From: Balanoglossus misakiensis | Taxonomy: Eukaryota; Animalia; Hemichordata | Direction: 5' to 3' | DNA: 64,000 nt | Assembly: GCA_040954595.2 (NCBI GenBank) | Contig: CM082585.2 | Location: 6,349,808 to 6,413,807 of the forward strand | In this document: positions 29,101 to 39,800 of the stretch, piece by piece | Position numbering within the stretch: the stretch's first letter is position 1 | Layout of the letters: each line of letters begins with the position of its first letter | Position numbers and translations under genes: made by a program | The notes under the pieces: model-generated | The model's input: only the letters and a program-made list of their open reading frames with translations | Told to the model about the DNA's origin: nothing | Databases searched by the model: none

Positions 29101-32100
29101 TTGCTGTTGGTAGTCTTTCCCTATAGGGTATAGTCTTTCAAAGGGACCTGTGCATTAGCATTACTGAATTTCTGAAGATCATGGCAAGATTTGATTGGCT
29201 GGCTGGCTGGGACGATATGACTGAATTTCTGAGATATCTGCATTGCCATCAATGTCTTCAGCTGCGACAGTAGCTTGAACTCACCTGAGTGAAATATCGT
29301 GAGGCTAATTCCCTCGACGCAACTATGAATTTAGCATCGCTAGTCAACTAGGACACGACTGAACTATGATTAAAAAATCCGCTGTGATTGTGTAATTTTT
29401 TTGTTGTCGACAGATTTGAAATTATCCAGAAATGACTGCAGTGAGTGAAGTCATTTTTGGGATCTAAATAGCTGAATATTAGGTCAATTGATTGTGACCT
29501 CTGGTAACTGGGCGGATTGGAAATTTCCAGCGTGGAAGGTTTGGCTGAGGGTTAATGATGTACGGGGTAGGGCCGTTCATGACTTGTGGCTGTAATATTG
29601 GCAAGACAACTACTGCATCTTGCAGAAATGATTTGTTGGCAATTTCAGCGGTGATAGTAGTGTGCTCAGCGTATCTGAGTCTGTCTTCAAGGACACTCCC
29701 AGTTATCTGAGATGTCTTGTCTCTTGAGTTGAAGGCATATCGAAACACACTCACACAATCAAACCACCCTATCACCATCCATCCACAGCCACGATAAAAC
29801 CAATTGAAGCGATATTACCTCAGGAAAGATTCTGTACAAGAGAATTTTATCATAACGTCTTGCGTTTCACATATTAATAGAAAAAACTTAACTTAAACCT
29901 CGCAGGCAATTCTGCAACATCCGTGTTGATTGCATTTTTTGCTACAAGTTGTATTAATAATGCATTATTTCATCTCATGTATGGTATCAGAAAAAAGTCA
30001 TCAAATTAAAGGTGGTGACATTTTGTTTAGAGCTTCAAATTACTCGTATTTTTTATCCAAATGAAATGTAGTGGCATTGGTTATTATATTGAGAGCATAA
30101 ATTTTGCAGATAGTGAATTGAATATTGATGACAGAGAGTATTTTATTCTGCGGTTGCTGCATTCTTATATGTGTACAAATTACTACGCATATGTAAATTA
30201 AAACTGACCTGACTAATTGAATCAAGCTTATGAATTATAGATAAGTGTGCTGTTAGATAAGTGACAATTTGCATACATGCAACAAATACGCCCTGAAAAT
30301 CGTTCCAAATTGATTTCTTACAAAAATAATGATTGTCACGTTTTAAATGTGTTTAGAAGTACCACAACAGTCAGGTCAATATCGTTTTCTGTTTTTCTGT
30401 GCAAGATGCCATTGACCTGAAAGATACTTGAGATTTTGTCAATTTTATGACTCATGTAACCTAGGATGTATTGCGGTCAAACCATTACCAAAATACAACA
30501 CTGGAGGGCGCAATTGTATTCCATCATTCTAAGTATATTTCTTATTTCCATTGTAGGTGTTCAGTGGATGTGGAACGCCACAGTTTGGCAAGAGATCCAC
30601 CAACGACTTTGACTTGGACAATTCCCAGTTCAGTCCCCGCGGCAACCAGCCGCGCCCGACCACCGCCGCCGGCACCAGTCTGGATCGGCTCGTTAAGGAC
30701 ATCAGGAACAAAATTAAATTGGCCAAAAGATACTGGGCTTCGTTGCCGTACACGGTCTGTAACGACGAAAATTTGGCGGCCGTCGTCTCCAACGAAGAAA
30801 ATTGCTGGAACGGCGAGAATCAGGAGAGGTGAGCGACATGTCTGAATATCAACATATTTACCAAAATCATGGCCTGTCCGGTGTTTGGCCGTATTTTGTG
30901 GATAACCCCACAAGTATATCAGGCAGCTGTACAACATGTATTAATTCCCACATGTCAACACTTCTGGGCGTTTCTGTGCTCATACTACATACTGTATCCA
31001 TTTCTGTAACTTCATCCTTACTAGCCAACTAAATGCTTGTCTATCGGGTCATCGCACAGACAGACAAACTGAACAGTTTACATCTGTTATGTCAAGTTGT
31101 GTCTAATGGTTTATAAGATATTCTACCCCAGAGATAAATTTTCTGTAACTGGACACGGGTTTGACAAGCTGAAAAATATTATGTGTAGTTCTTTGTTTGA
31201 TCATGTCTGAAAATTGGAAAACTGTTCATCCTGCCAAAAAGCTGGTGCAACATGTTTTCATTTTTGAATTAATTTTCTCTAATATTTTCCCTAATTTTGG
31301 ACCAAGTACACATAACTATCCACTGTCAACAGTTCTTGATCAAAATTTTAGAAAAAATGTGGAAAAATTGATGAGAGTTAATTTTGTGAAAATGAAAGTT
31401 CGACTTTGGCGTTGACAGGGTTTAATGATATGATTTGCCTTCATTTATCAGATACACTGAAGATGTTGTCGCTGATGGCTTGCTGCAACAGGAGGCTAAT
31501 CCAGAAGTGAAAGTCGATGTCACCAAACCAGACATGGTCATCAGAACAGAAATTGAAAGACTCAAACTCATGTCCAAAAATCTAGAAGCTGCTTATCACG
31601 GACAGAGTGTCAACACAATAGCTGTCGGTAGGTCACTCTTCTGTTATATCCAGTGGTGTTGATTTTGGCCAGTGGCACCGGTCACCCTGTCTGAAGACAG
31701 CGTGTTACCGGTGGCCATATTGATTGTAAAAAATTGTACTGGTACATTTGTACACAAGACCATGTGCCATTATTGGCCATTTCCTATCGCAAAATCATCC
31801 TAATGTCCATTTAAACAGAGGTAATGATTTTGTAGTCGAGAATTTGTCCCTGATGTCTGGCTCAAGAAATCCCAAATTACTCTCCAGTCCTGTTACATCT
31901 TCAAACGTGATATTGCACTAAAACAACAAGGCATCGTGGTTTACCTTTTTTTAGTGGCCTGACAGATTCAGAAACTAATTTCACAATTTTAGCAAAGTCT
32001 CACAAATGACAATGAGTTTTGTTTTCCCGTTTTTTGCAGTGTACGACGTGAGTGGTTCCGGAAGCGGCAGTGGTTCCGGAGAGTGGGACGAGGGCCGGAA

Positions 32101-32251
32101 GCACCCGGACATCATCGTGGATCCCACCAAGCCAGACATCGTGCGCAGGCCAGGGAACGACGTCGACCCGGACTCCGCTCACAGTCTTTGTGCACACAGC
32201 ATCCTGCTGCTTTTGTCCGCAATAACATCATTGTACTGTCTCTTTGCATGA
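10806..32251 (+). CDS. GPC4/6: Glypican (GPC4/GPC6, dally-like subfamily), 5'-partial; six coding exons: 10806-11197, 19839-20004, 21396-21526, 30557-30828, 31452-31627, 32040-32251
   Basis: The exons are bounded by AG/GT and splice in frame. The product has typical glypican segments ([12 protein letters not shown]; [11 protein letters not shown]; [13 protein letters not shown]; [22 protein letters not shown]; [26 protein letters not shown]; [10 protein letters not shown]; ENCWNG), a Ser-Gly heparan-sulfate attachment cluster and a hydrophobic GPI-signal C-terminus. Confidence 0.95.
17307..17443. repeat. (TATG)n-type degenerate microsatellite
   Basis: Directly visible TGTC/TGTA tetramer array. 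Confidence 0.9.
19839..20004 (+). CDS. GPC4/6: Glypican internal exon (166 bp), Cys-rich
   Basis: ttgttAG acceptor, GTgaga donor; encodes [55 protein letters not shown]. Confidence 0.95.
21396..21526 (+). CDS. GPC4/6: Glypican internal exon (131 bp)
   Basis: cgacAG acceptor, GTaagt donor; encodes [43 protein letters not shown]. Confidence 0.95.
25590..25670. mobile_element. 63-bp foldback element (25599-25661) with a 9-bp target-site duplication GTGATTGGG
   Basis: Near-perfect hairpin TAGTCTAGCATCTAGC..TATTTTGTCCGC-TTG-GCGGACAAAATA..GCTAGATACTAGATTA, flanked by identical 9-mers. Confidence 0.75.
26738..27187. repeat. Tandem duplication: two apparently identical 216-bp units (26738-26953, 26972-27187), period 234
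   Basis: TACTGTGACACGGTTCTCTGG...GTGGTACAGCTGAA occurs twice, separated by an 18-bp spacer. Confidence 0.9.
30557..30828 (+). CDS. GPC4/6: Glypican internal exon (272 bp)
   Basis: ttgtAG acceptor, GTgagc donor; encodes [14 protein letters not shown]...[13 protein letters not shown]...LPYTVC...ENCWNG. Confidence 0.93.
31452..31627 (+). CDS. GPC4/6: Glypican penultimate exon (176 bp)
   Basis: ttatcAG acceptor, GTaggt donor; encodes [27 protein letters not shown]...LEAAYHG. Confidence 0.92.
32040..32251 (+). CDS. GPC4/6: Glypican last coding exon with Ser-Gly HS sites and GPI-anchor signal
   Basis: ttttgcAG acceptor; encodes [17 protein letters not shown]...[25 protein letters not shown], then TGA stop. 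Confidence 0.92.
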
Positions 32252-35077
32252 TAGCCGGTAAATTTGTAATATGTAGTTGGCAAACTTGGTCACAACAGAA
32301 ACACACACAGACATATATACAGAACAGAAACCCATAGCAAGTGATGTCATCATATTGTACTCCGAATATGATGACATCATCAGTAATCGTGTACACAAAG
32401 GCCATCGTCGTTACAACAGCACGCACTGTTCCGTCGGATATGACCTATGAAAATTCCTCACAGTGCTTGCGTTGTTGTTTAAATCTGTCAAAATATGCAA
32501 TATCGAAAATAAACAATAATAGTGTGGTTTTTGGTAGGATTGTGAACAAAATATCGCCCGAGAAGCCAACCGAATTTGTTTTCACCGAGAAACTCCTTGT
32601 CAAAGGGCTTATTGCGAGAAAGGGGGATGGTCTGTAGAGTGACGTTGATATAACAGCAAGATGCATGCATGGCACCAGTGTAGAAGGTACAACATTGTGT
32701 CTGTATGTATTTGCCAAATGTAGGTCACAGGTCATTATACAAATACCACTTAGTAATCCCAGTAAGTTATTAGAGTTTCATGGTACATGTCGGCAGAAAC
32801 AACGATTCATTTTTTGACAAAAATTGCTACCTATATCTTCATAGTTATATTACTGGAGAGTCGGTGTTTAAGAGAACAGAATATAATAAATGGGAACAAA
32901 ATAAACTGTTTATTATAACATGTTGAATGTAAATTTCACAGGTTGTCGTTCGCTTGCATCCAAAAAAAGCAGTCGTGTCCAATTCAGATTTCAGTATTAG
33001 TCGGTTCATGTCGTGATCACCATAGCAACAGATATGTGTATTACACTTCAATGTTGTCAGTTGGAAGGCAGGGGAATGGTCAGGAGATTTTTTTTCTTCC
33101 CTGGAAACATTTTGACACTTTGTGTGTATGGGAACAATGTGTGACATGTGATGATTTTAAGCTAAATCTGCTTGCATTGCCTTTTTTTTGGCTCATGTTC
33201 AGTGTCGTGTTTTTACAACTCACGCATGTTGCAAGCTGTGCTAGCGCCCCCTAGAGTTTGACGTGGTCGAGAAAATAAGATTACAAATCTATCGGATGTC
33301 ACACGTACAAGTTTTTTTTCACAACAAACAGTAACCTACAAGATGTTTAGTAATATACTTAAAGAAAATGACGTGTCCAAAATATTACTGGATTTAAGGT
33401 GAAGCTTCCATATAATATTCAAAAATATGTTACATACCTCCATATTTGATTTACTCTTGTTTTAGATAAATATTTGTCTATTTTTATATATTCCTAGCAC
33501 ATCGTAATGTGTATTCCGTATGATGCAGCTCAGGGGAAATTACTCAAGTTTGGAGTTGAAAATATAACAATTTTCTCTCATCATACTTAAAAAAAAATGC
33601 ATCATATTTGATTTTATTTCTCAAAACCTATCCATGTTACAGTTTGCAAAGGATGATGGGTAGTCAAAATGGCAGCTTTCTTTGTTTAATACAATTTTAT
33701 GATTTGATTAGTTTTATGATGTTTTTTAAATGTCTGAGTGAAGAATGCATGCAATTAATTTTTTTTGTTCGTATGATTAATTCAACTACCCATCAAGACC
33801 TTTGAATTTGCGTAAGTCAAGTTCTGAAACAGAACCACTGATGAAAAATTAGACATTTTTTTCTGTCTGTTACCAATTGAGAGTGACCAAAATTTGGCCT
33901 GAATGCAAAAAAGCCTCATATTACAAGTGCTGCATATTCTTCGTTAAATCAACAACATGATTGGTGAAATTACTGTCTAAATTATTGCCTGTTTGCATGT
34001 ATCTCGGTCCGTTCCGCTGACATTTTTCCGAAATTTATTCACCCGTGTCCGATTTAAAGAAGCACAGAGTTCTCAAGTTGAAGGAAAGTTTCTCTGTACA
34101 AGCTACAGTAGTGACCGTTATTTGTGTAGACCGGAGAAAAATGCAACATTTTTGTCAGTCGCCTCCTGATTGGTTCCCGAGTACCAATAATGCATCCAGG
34201 TATCCAATCATGTCAATCTTTACAAAAATAGCTGAGAAAACTAGACAAATTATGAGGTGGAAGCCGGGTAATCTGCATGATTTCATAAGTGGTTGCGCAT
34301 CTATGGGGGAAGGCTTGGATAAATATAGTCTGCATGAATATTTAAATAGTAATGAGGCCAGGTAATCTGTATCATTTCTAAATCGTTATACACCTCTATG
34401 CTCAATAGAAAAAAAAGCTCGATTACGGCATTATACGTGTTTTCCTATGTATATAGACATGTCTTTAAATAAAAAAAATATGAATATTGAGTTTCGAAAC
34501 CAATCACGATCTTTGCTAAACTGCCAGAAAATACTGTATTTTAGAGATAATGAATGATAGCATTTATAAATAGATTCAGGTGTTATACTTTTTTGCTATG
34601 ACGTCGTTTCCTTGTATAGTCACTGCATGTGTGTACTGTTGGTAGCTAACTGTTGTAGAGCTCAGCTCAGCTCCTATTTTTGCAAACAGTATAAAAAAGC
34701 TGGGCTTTATCAGACCTGGTGGGGCTGTAACTCTTTCTTAACAAGGAAATCCACCAGAAAGAGCGTCGTAGATATTGTAGGATTTTTATTTGAAAGTTAA
34801 CCGGATTATTTATGTAAATTACCATATTATCACACAATATTTGTAAACTTTTTGATTGCATGTTTATGGCACGTGATCGAACTGATCCGTGATGTCACAG
34901 ACCAGTGTGTACCTGTTATCTTTATAAACCGAATTTAAAAAAAAAAGAGAGAGAAATTTTGTAGTGCTTTCCATGTTCCTAAAAGTTGTACATTTGGAAC
35001 TTTTAATATTCCTCTGGTATCTGCATAAATGTAAAACGTTTTTTTTTCCTTGCAATCTTTATAGAAACTATAGTGTG

Positions 35078-35210
35078 CTGTGATGTCACCAAAGTATGTG
35101 TAGTTCAGCGTGACATCACCAGTGTGTGATCTCTCTGCGAAGTATGTGTAGTTCCGCATTACATCATTCTGTGATGTCACCAAAGTATGTGTAGGTCAGC
35201 GTTACATCAT
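35078..35210. repeat. Minisatellite of about 45-bp units, 3 degenerate copies
   Basis: The core AAGTATGTGTAG(T/G)TC..C.T.ACATCA recurs three times. Confidence 0.75.
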
Positions 35211-36881
35211 CAATTCTGTGGTTGTTTCTTGTGCCAGTGAAAGTTCAGAATACACTATACAGTGTCACAACTTTATTAAAAATTTCTTCAGAGAAAACTC
35301 TCACATTTCATATGACCACTCTGTTGCAGCCATTATAATCTACGATATCGAAGTAAGAAAAAAAAACTGGTATCAAAATTAGGGAAAAAAAGCGAGACAC
35401 ACTTTGTATAATTAGGCCGCAAGTAGAAATAGCAGAGAAGGCTGAACAGCTTGTTGGTAGGACAGTTCACGTATGATTGTAATTACTACTGTCATCTGTC
35501 TCAGTGGTAACCATGGTAACAGTGTACACGCCATTTACTTGATACCAGTTTGTGGATCAGCAATTGATAGTTAATGTGTTTATCCCACTTGGTTTTATTA
35601 ATAAAACAAACCACTTTATATCCCAATTGATCTGTGTGGTTTTTATACTGTGTGCTTCACAGCTCGTGTCAATGATAATGTTGTTTGTGTGTGTGTGTGG
35701 ACCCTTTATGGACATATATTCCACAATGAGCAGTGTTCCCACCAAGGTTTGTTTGTGTGCGAGTTACACTAAGTTTCAATTGGACTTTGATAAAAACAAA
35801 CTCAAAACTCAAAAACCACCGGCCATCGAAACTTGTAAGACTTGGAAAAACGTCGCAGTTCATGTTGTTAGAGAATCGATAACTTTTGTCTGGGGTCCGA
35901 GGCTGAGTAGTTATGCCGTGCTACGAGCGTTTGTAGGCCTGTTTCCGCGGAAACACAAACCCACTGCACCGCTGATTCGACCTCGCCTGGCCGCCGTAAA
36001 CGCAACCTTGAACATTGTAACTTAGACTAATATTTTTAATATCCTGTCACATTTGATGTATGGCACTGGAACTGTGTTCCTTTTTCCATAAATTTATACA
36101 AAAAGCGCGTCGCTTTTGCGGCATGACTTTGCGGGCAACCCGACGCGATTTGTAGTTGTGTTGACACGTATACAGAGCGCGAGACGATGATTGACAGGCA
36201 AAATTCTGGTCCACGCGACTGATCCGCGAATCCGATTGGTAGACAAGACGCAAAGACTTGACTTTATGAATGAAAAATGTTCTATTATATGCATATCTCG
36301 CGGGGGTCACAAATCCATGCGCTGGGGAAAAAAGTAATCCCGCTAGATAAAAAGTTAGGCCGCTGGAATATTTTAGCAAGAAATTGGAATATTTTATCCT
36401 ACCTCTGATAACAAAAAATAAGAGGTCTGTTCATGGGATAAATACATAATCCCATGATATCTTTCTTTGATTGACGTCATCATATACGAGAGGTTTTCGC
36501 GGAGCAGTGCAACTTCGAGTCATAGGTGAGAAGTTGTACAACTCCGTGAAAACCCGAAAAATATCATGGGATAAATTCTACAAACTCTGCTTGATTAATT
36601 CATATTTTACAATTTTTTAAAAGATATTCATAAATATTCAAATGATTTAAGCACTTTTCTTAAGCACTGAAATATTACTAAAGTATTGGGTGACAAAGAC
36701 AATTACTGAGATTACTGTCTTTGTGACAGTAACTTATGAAATATCATGATTATATTGATGGGCAGTATCTAGACGATACAGTCCAGTGGTTATACAGATT
36801 TCATTTCAAATTATTAAGCTACTCTCTTTCGTCCACCTAGTACTTGCGTAAAATCACTTCGTGTCCCTTGGAGGTCCAATA

Positions 36882-39800
36882 TTACAGTGGAATCACCAGG
36901 TTAGCCATCAGCTCTCGGACAGCTGCAAATATTGTACAGTCACCTGGGGAAAAAGAAAATATAATTTACAAGATGTTGAAATCTTAGTTTCGTATCAAGC
37001 TATCCCTCACATCAATTTAAACTCCCCCCCCCCCCCCCATTTACATCTTTATGGTTTCAACCATACCAGTGAAAACTATAGGGTTAATTCAAGTGGTGTG
37101 ATTATTAAGGTATGATCAAACCAATGTGTTTTCTCAAGACAATTTAATTGGTCAAATACTTCCATCTTCTCCTTATTCTCAGTTGGCAAATGACTACAAC
37201 TTTTTGACTTTGTGCATACCAAGATAGTTGTCTACACTTGCAATGGATGGCTGAATAAATTACCTCCATCAAGAGATGGTCTCCTTTTCAATTAGAGAGA
37301 TAAATTTCATGGCATTATTGTGAAGTTACTCACTGCTATGTGGGTTCATTTCGGCAAATCTCCTGAGCATATTACTGACAGCCGTCGCCACTGGGGGTGT
37401 GGGTGAGTTACGTAACGCCACATCAGCTTGCTGCGTCGTGTTCGACTGGATGTCATAGATGATGGGAACCACGATGGTCTGGGCCTCGGAACCAGCGGGT
37501 AAATTCACCCCAATGCGGGTCAGTTGAATCTGTATAAAATAAAATGAATATGTCTATTTAGTAGTAGTTCCAATATATCCCCATTCCAGGAGAAATACAG
37601 GTTGTAATTATTCAAACTGGTAATGTGGACATTTGAATATACATTTGTAGCTGAGGAACTATTTTGACATGCACACTATGTACACTATGTACACCAAATT
37701 CAACATAGCATGTAATACACTCACTATATACATGTAAGTGCTTGATGTGTGTATGACTATGCCTGGTTTTCAACATGATAAAAAGTAGCGAACAGACGAG
37801 AATTTGAGCATAAGAGTCCATATTTATAAATCAAAGAATCATGAATAATTTCACATAATGTCACTGGCATTTGTGTGAAGTTTTTCATGGACAATGAAAA
37901 GACCCCTTTCACAAATGATTCAGAACCTGCTCTCAGAATGACTAACTTACAAAGAACAAGACTTTATTTTTGATGACCACAGCTGGCGTTCCGGGCGGCG
38001 CTATCGGTGGAGCGCTTGGAGGAATACTCAGGCACCACTGCACGGTCCACTTCAACGATCTATCAGGAATCTGAAATCAATCCAATTCAAACAATGTTAC
38101 TCTCTATTATGATAAATATTACATATCACAGGTACATACAAATGCACGCGTTTCAAAAGTAATAGGAGATTGCAAAAATAGCAAGTGCTGTACTGTCAGT
38201 GTGAAAACACTTACCATCTCAAGCCTCATGATATTCACACAATCTTTCAAGATGACGCTAGGAGCTCCCAGCAAACGTCCAAATGCAGTCAATGCGTTAG
38301 CTTTGAATGGTGGACACACGACCTGAAATGAAAAAAGTATTGCTACATTCTAACTGCTGATCCTAAAATGTACTATACACTTTTTTCTAGAGCTCTAACC
38401 TTCAATTTGTTGTTAAAATATCTGAAAAATTAAACCTTGCCTTTGTTTCGAAGAATTTCTCTAAAACCTGCAGCTCATCTGCCGACCAATTTTCTTTTGC
38501 ATCTGAAAGCAGAGAGACATCGATATAAAACTGTGTGACCAAACTCATAGAGCAAAATTATATCTTAAAGTGATACTATAATATCATAGCGGGTAGGCCA
38601 ACAGTAACACATGAAATTTGAAGGGATTATCAAAACTGTGGACATACCTGGTTTAGGTGCTAATTTGAGATGCAATGTCTGTAGTGTGTTTGGATTCAAA
38701 CTCACTCGACATTGCAAAGATTCGACATTGAACTGGATTACACCCGGCTCCGTGGAGGTTGTCGACAGGAGCTGAAAATAAAAGCATAAAATAAAGTTTC
38801 AGATACCAGGTTCACACAGGGTAAAATTTGAGACACTATTTGCCCAGTATGGTAAAGCATTAATCCCACTGAATCAATGATCAACCACACACACCTTCCA
38901 TCCCGCTTGTAGACACGAGAGTGAAAAAAACTCGCCAAAATGAATAATCGGTCTCTACCATTTATTCATTATGGGCGAATTTTTACTCTCATATCATACA
39001 AGCGGGATGGAAGGTGTGTGTGGTTGAACATTGATTCACTATATATCCACATGTAGAATAACATAAACAGTGTCTTGTAACAGACATAATTAATGGAAAA
39101 ATGGCAGCGAGAGAGAGACTTTGTCCCTTTAATGAAATACTCACCGAATCGTCTGTCTGGATGACTCTATGCAAATGCCTCTTCATGAAGACAGAACCCA
39201 AGAAGCGTTCCATTGGACAACACATATACGACGAGGGACCGCCGATGACCCCAGGTGGAGGCGAAGGAGTAAACAAACTATGCAGAGCCTCATGGGATAG
39301 CAGAGTCGGTATCGAAGCTGCCCATGATCTCTGAGGCAAGATCCTAAATGGTGGACTGGTTATGGCTGTAAAAAAAAATAATGACACGTGAATTTTATTC
39401 TTCGTTCAGATGAGTCTAGCCAACTCACATGAGACACATTTCCAATCCTGTTATTTAATTTTCTCATTTTCTGGTCAAAGATGTATACTTCTTGTTATAA
39501 ATAATCAAAATGCATAGTAGAAATATATCTCCTTCACATGTTAACTATACAATTTTGTAAGACTATGCTTTATATTAAAAAGAAGATAAAATATACTAGC
39601 TAGACTGAAACACAACTCGCAAGACTTTTACCTGCAGGAAGCATAGAAGTGGCACCCCCTGGTGAGTGCATCATAGGGTTACCAGGGGAGTGGACCATAC
39701 CATGTCTGGATGCAGGGGAGGGGCCGGGTAGAGAGGGGCTGCCAGGCCAATTGCGTGCCCCGGGCGACGGCATGGTTATACCGATATTTGGGTACGGTGA

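Noticed and set aside
35078-35210. CRISPR-like repeat-spacer appearance
   Set aside because: Eukaryotic context, the spacers are similar to each other, and there are no cas genes; it is a minisatellite.
35552-36025. 157-aa ORF between glypican and MED14
   Set aside because: Non-ATG start, low-complexity composition and no recognisable homology.
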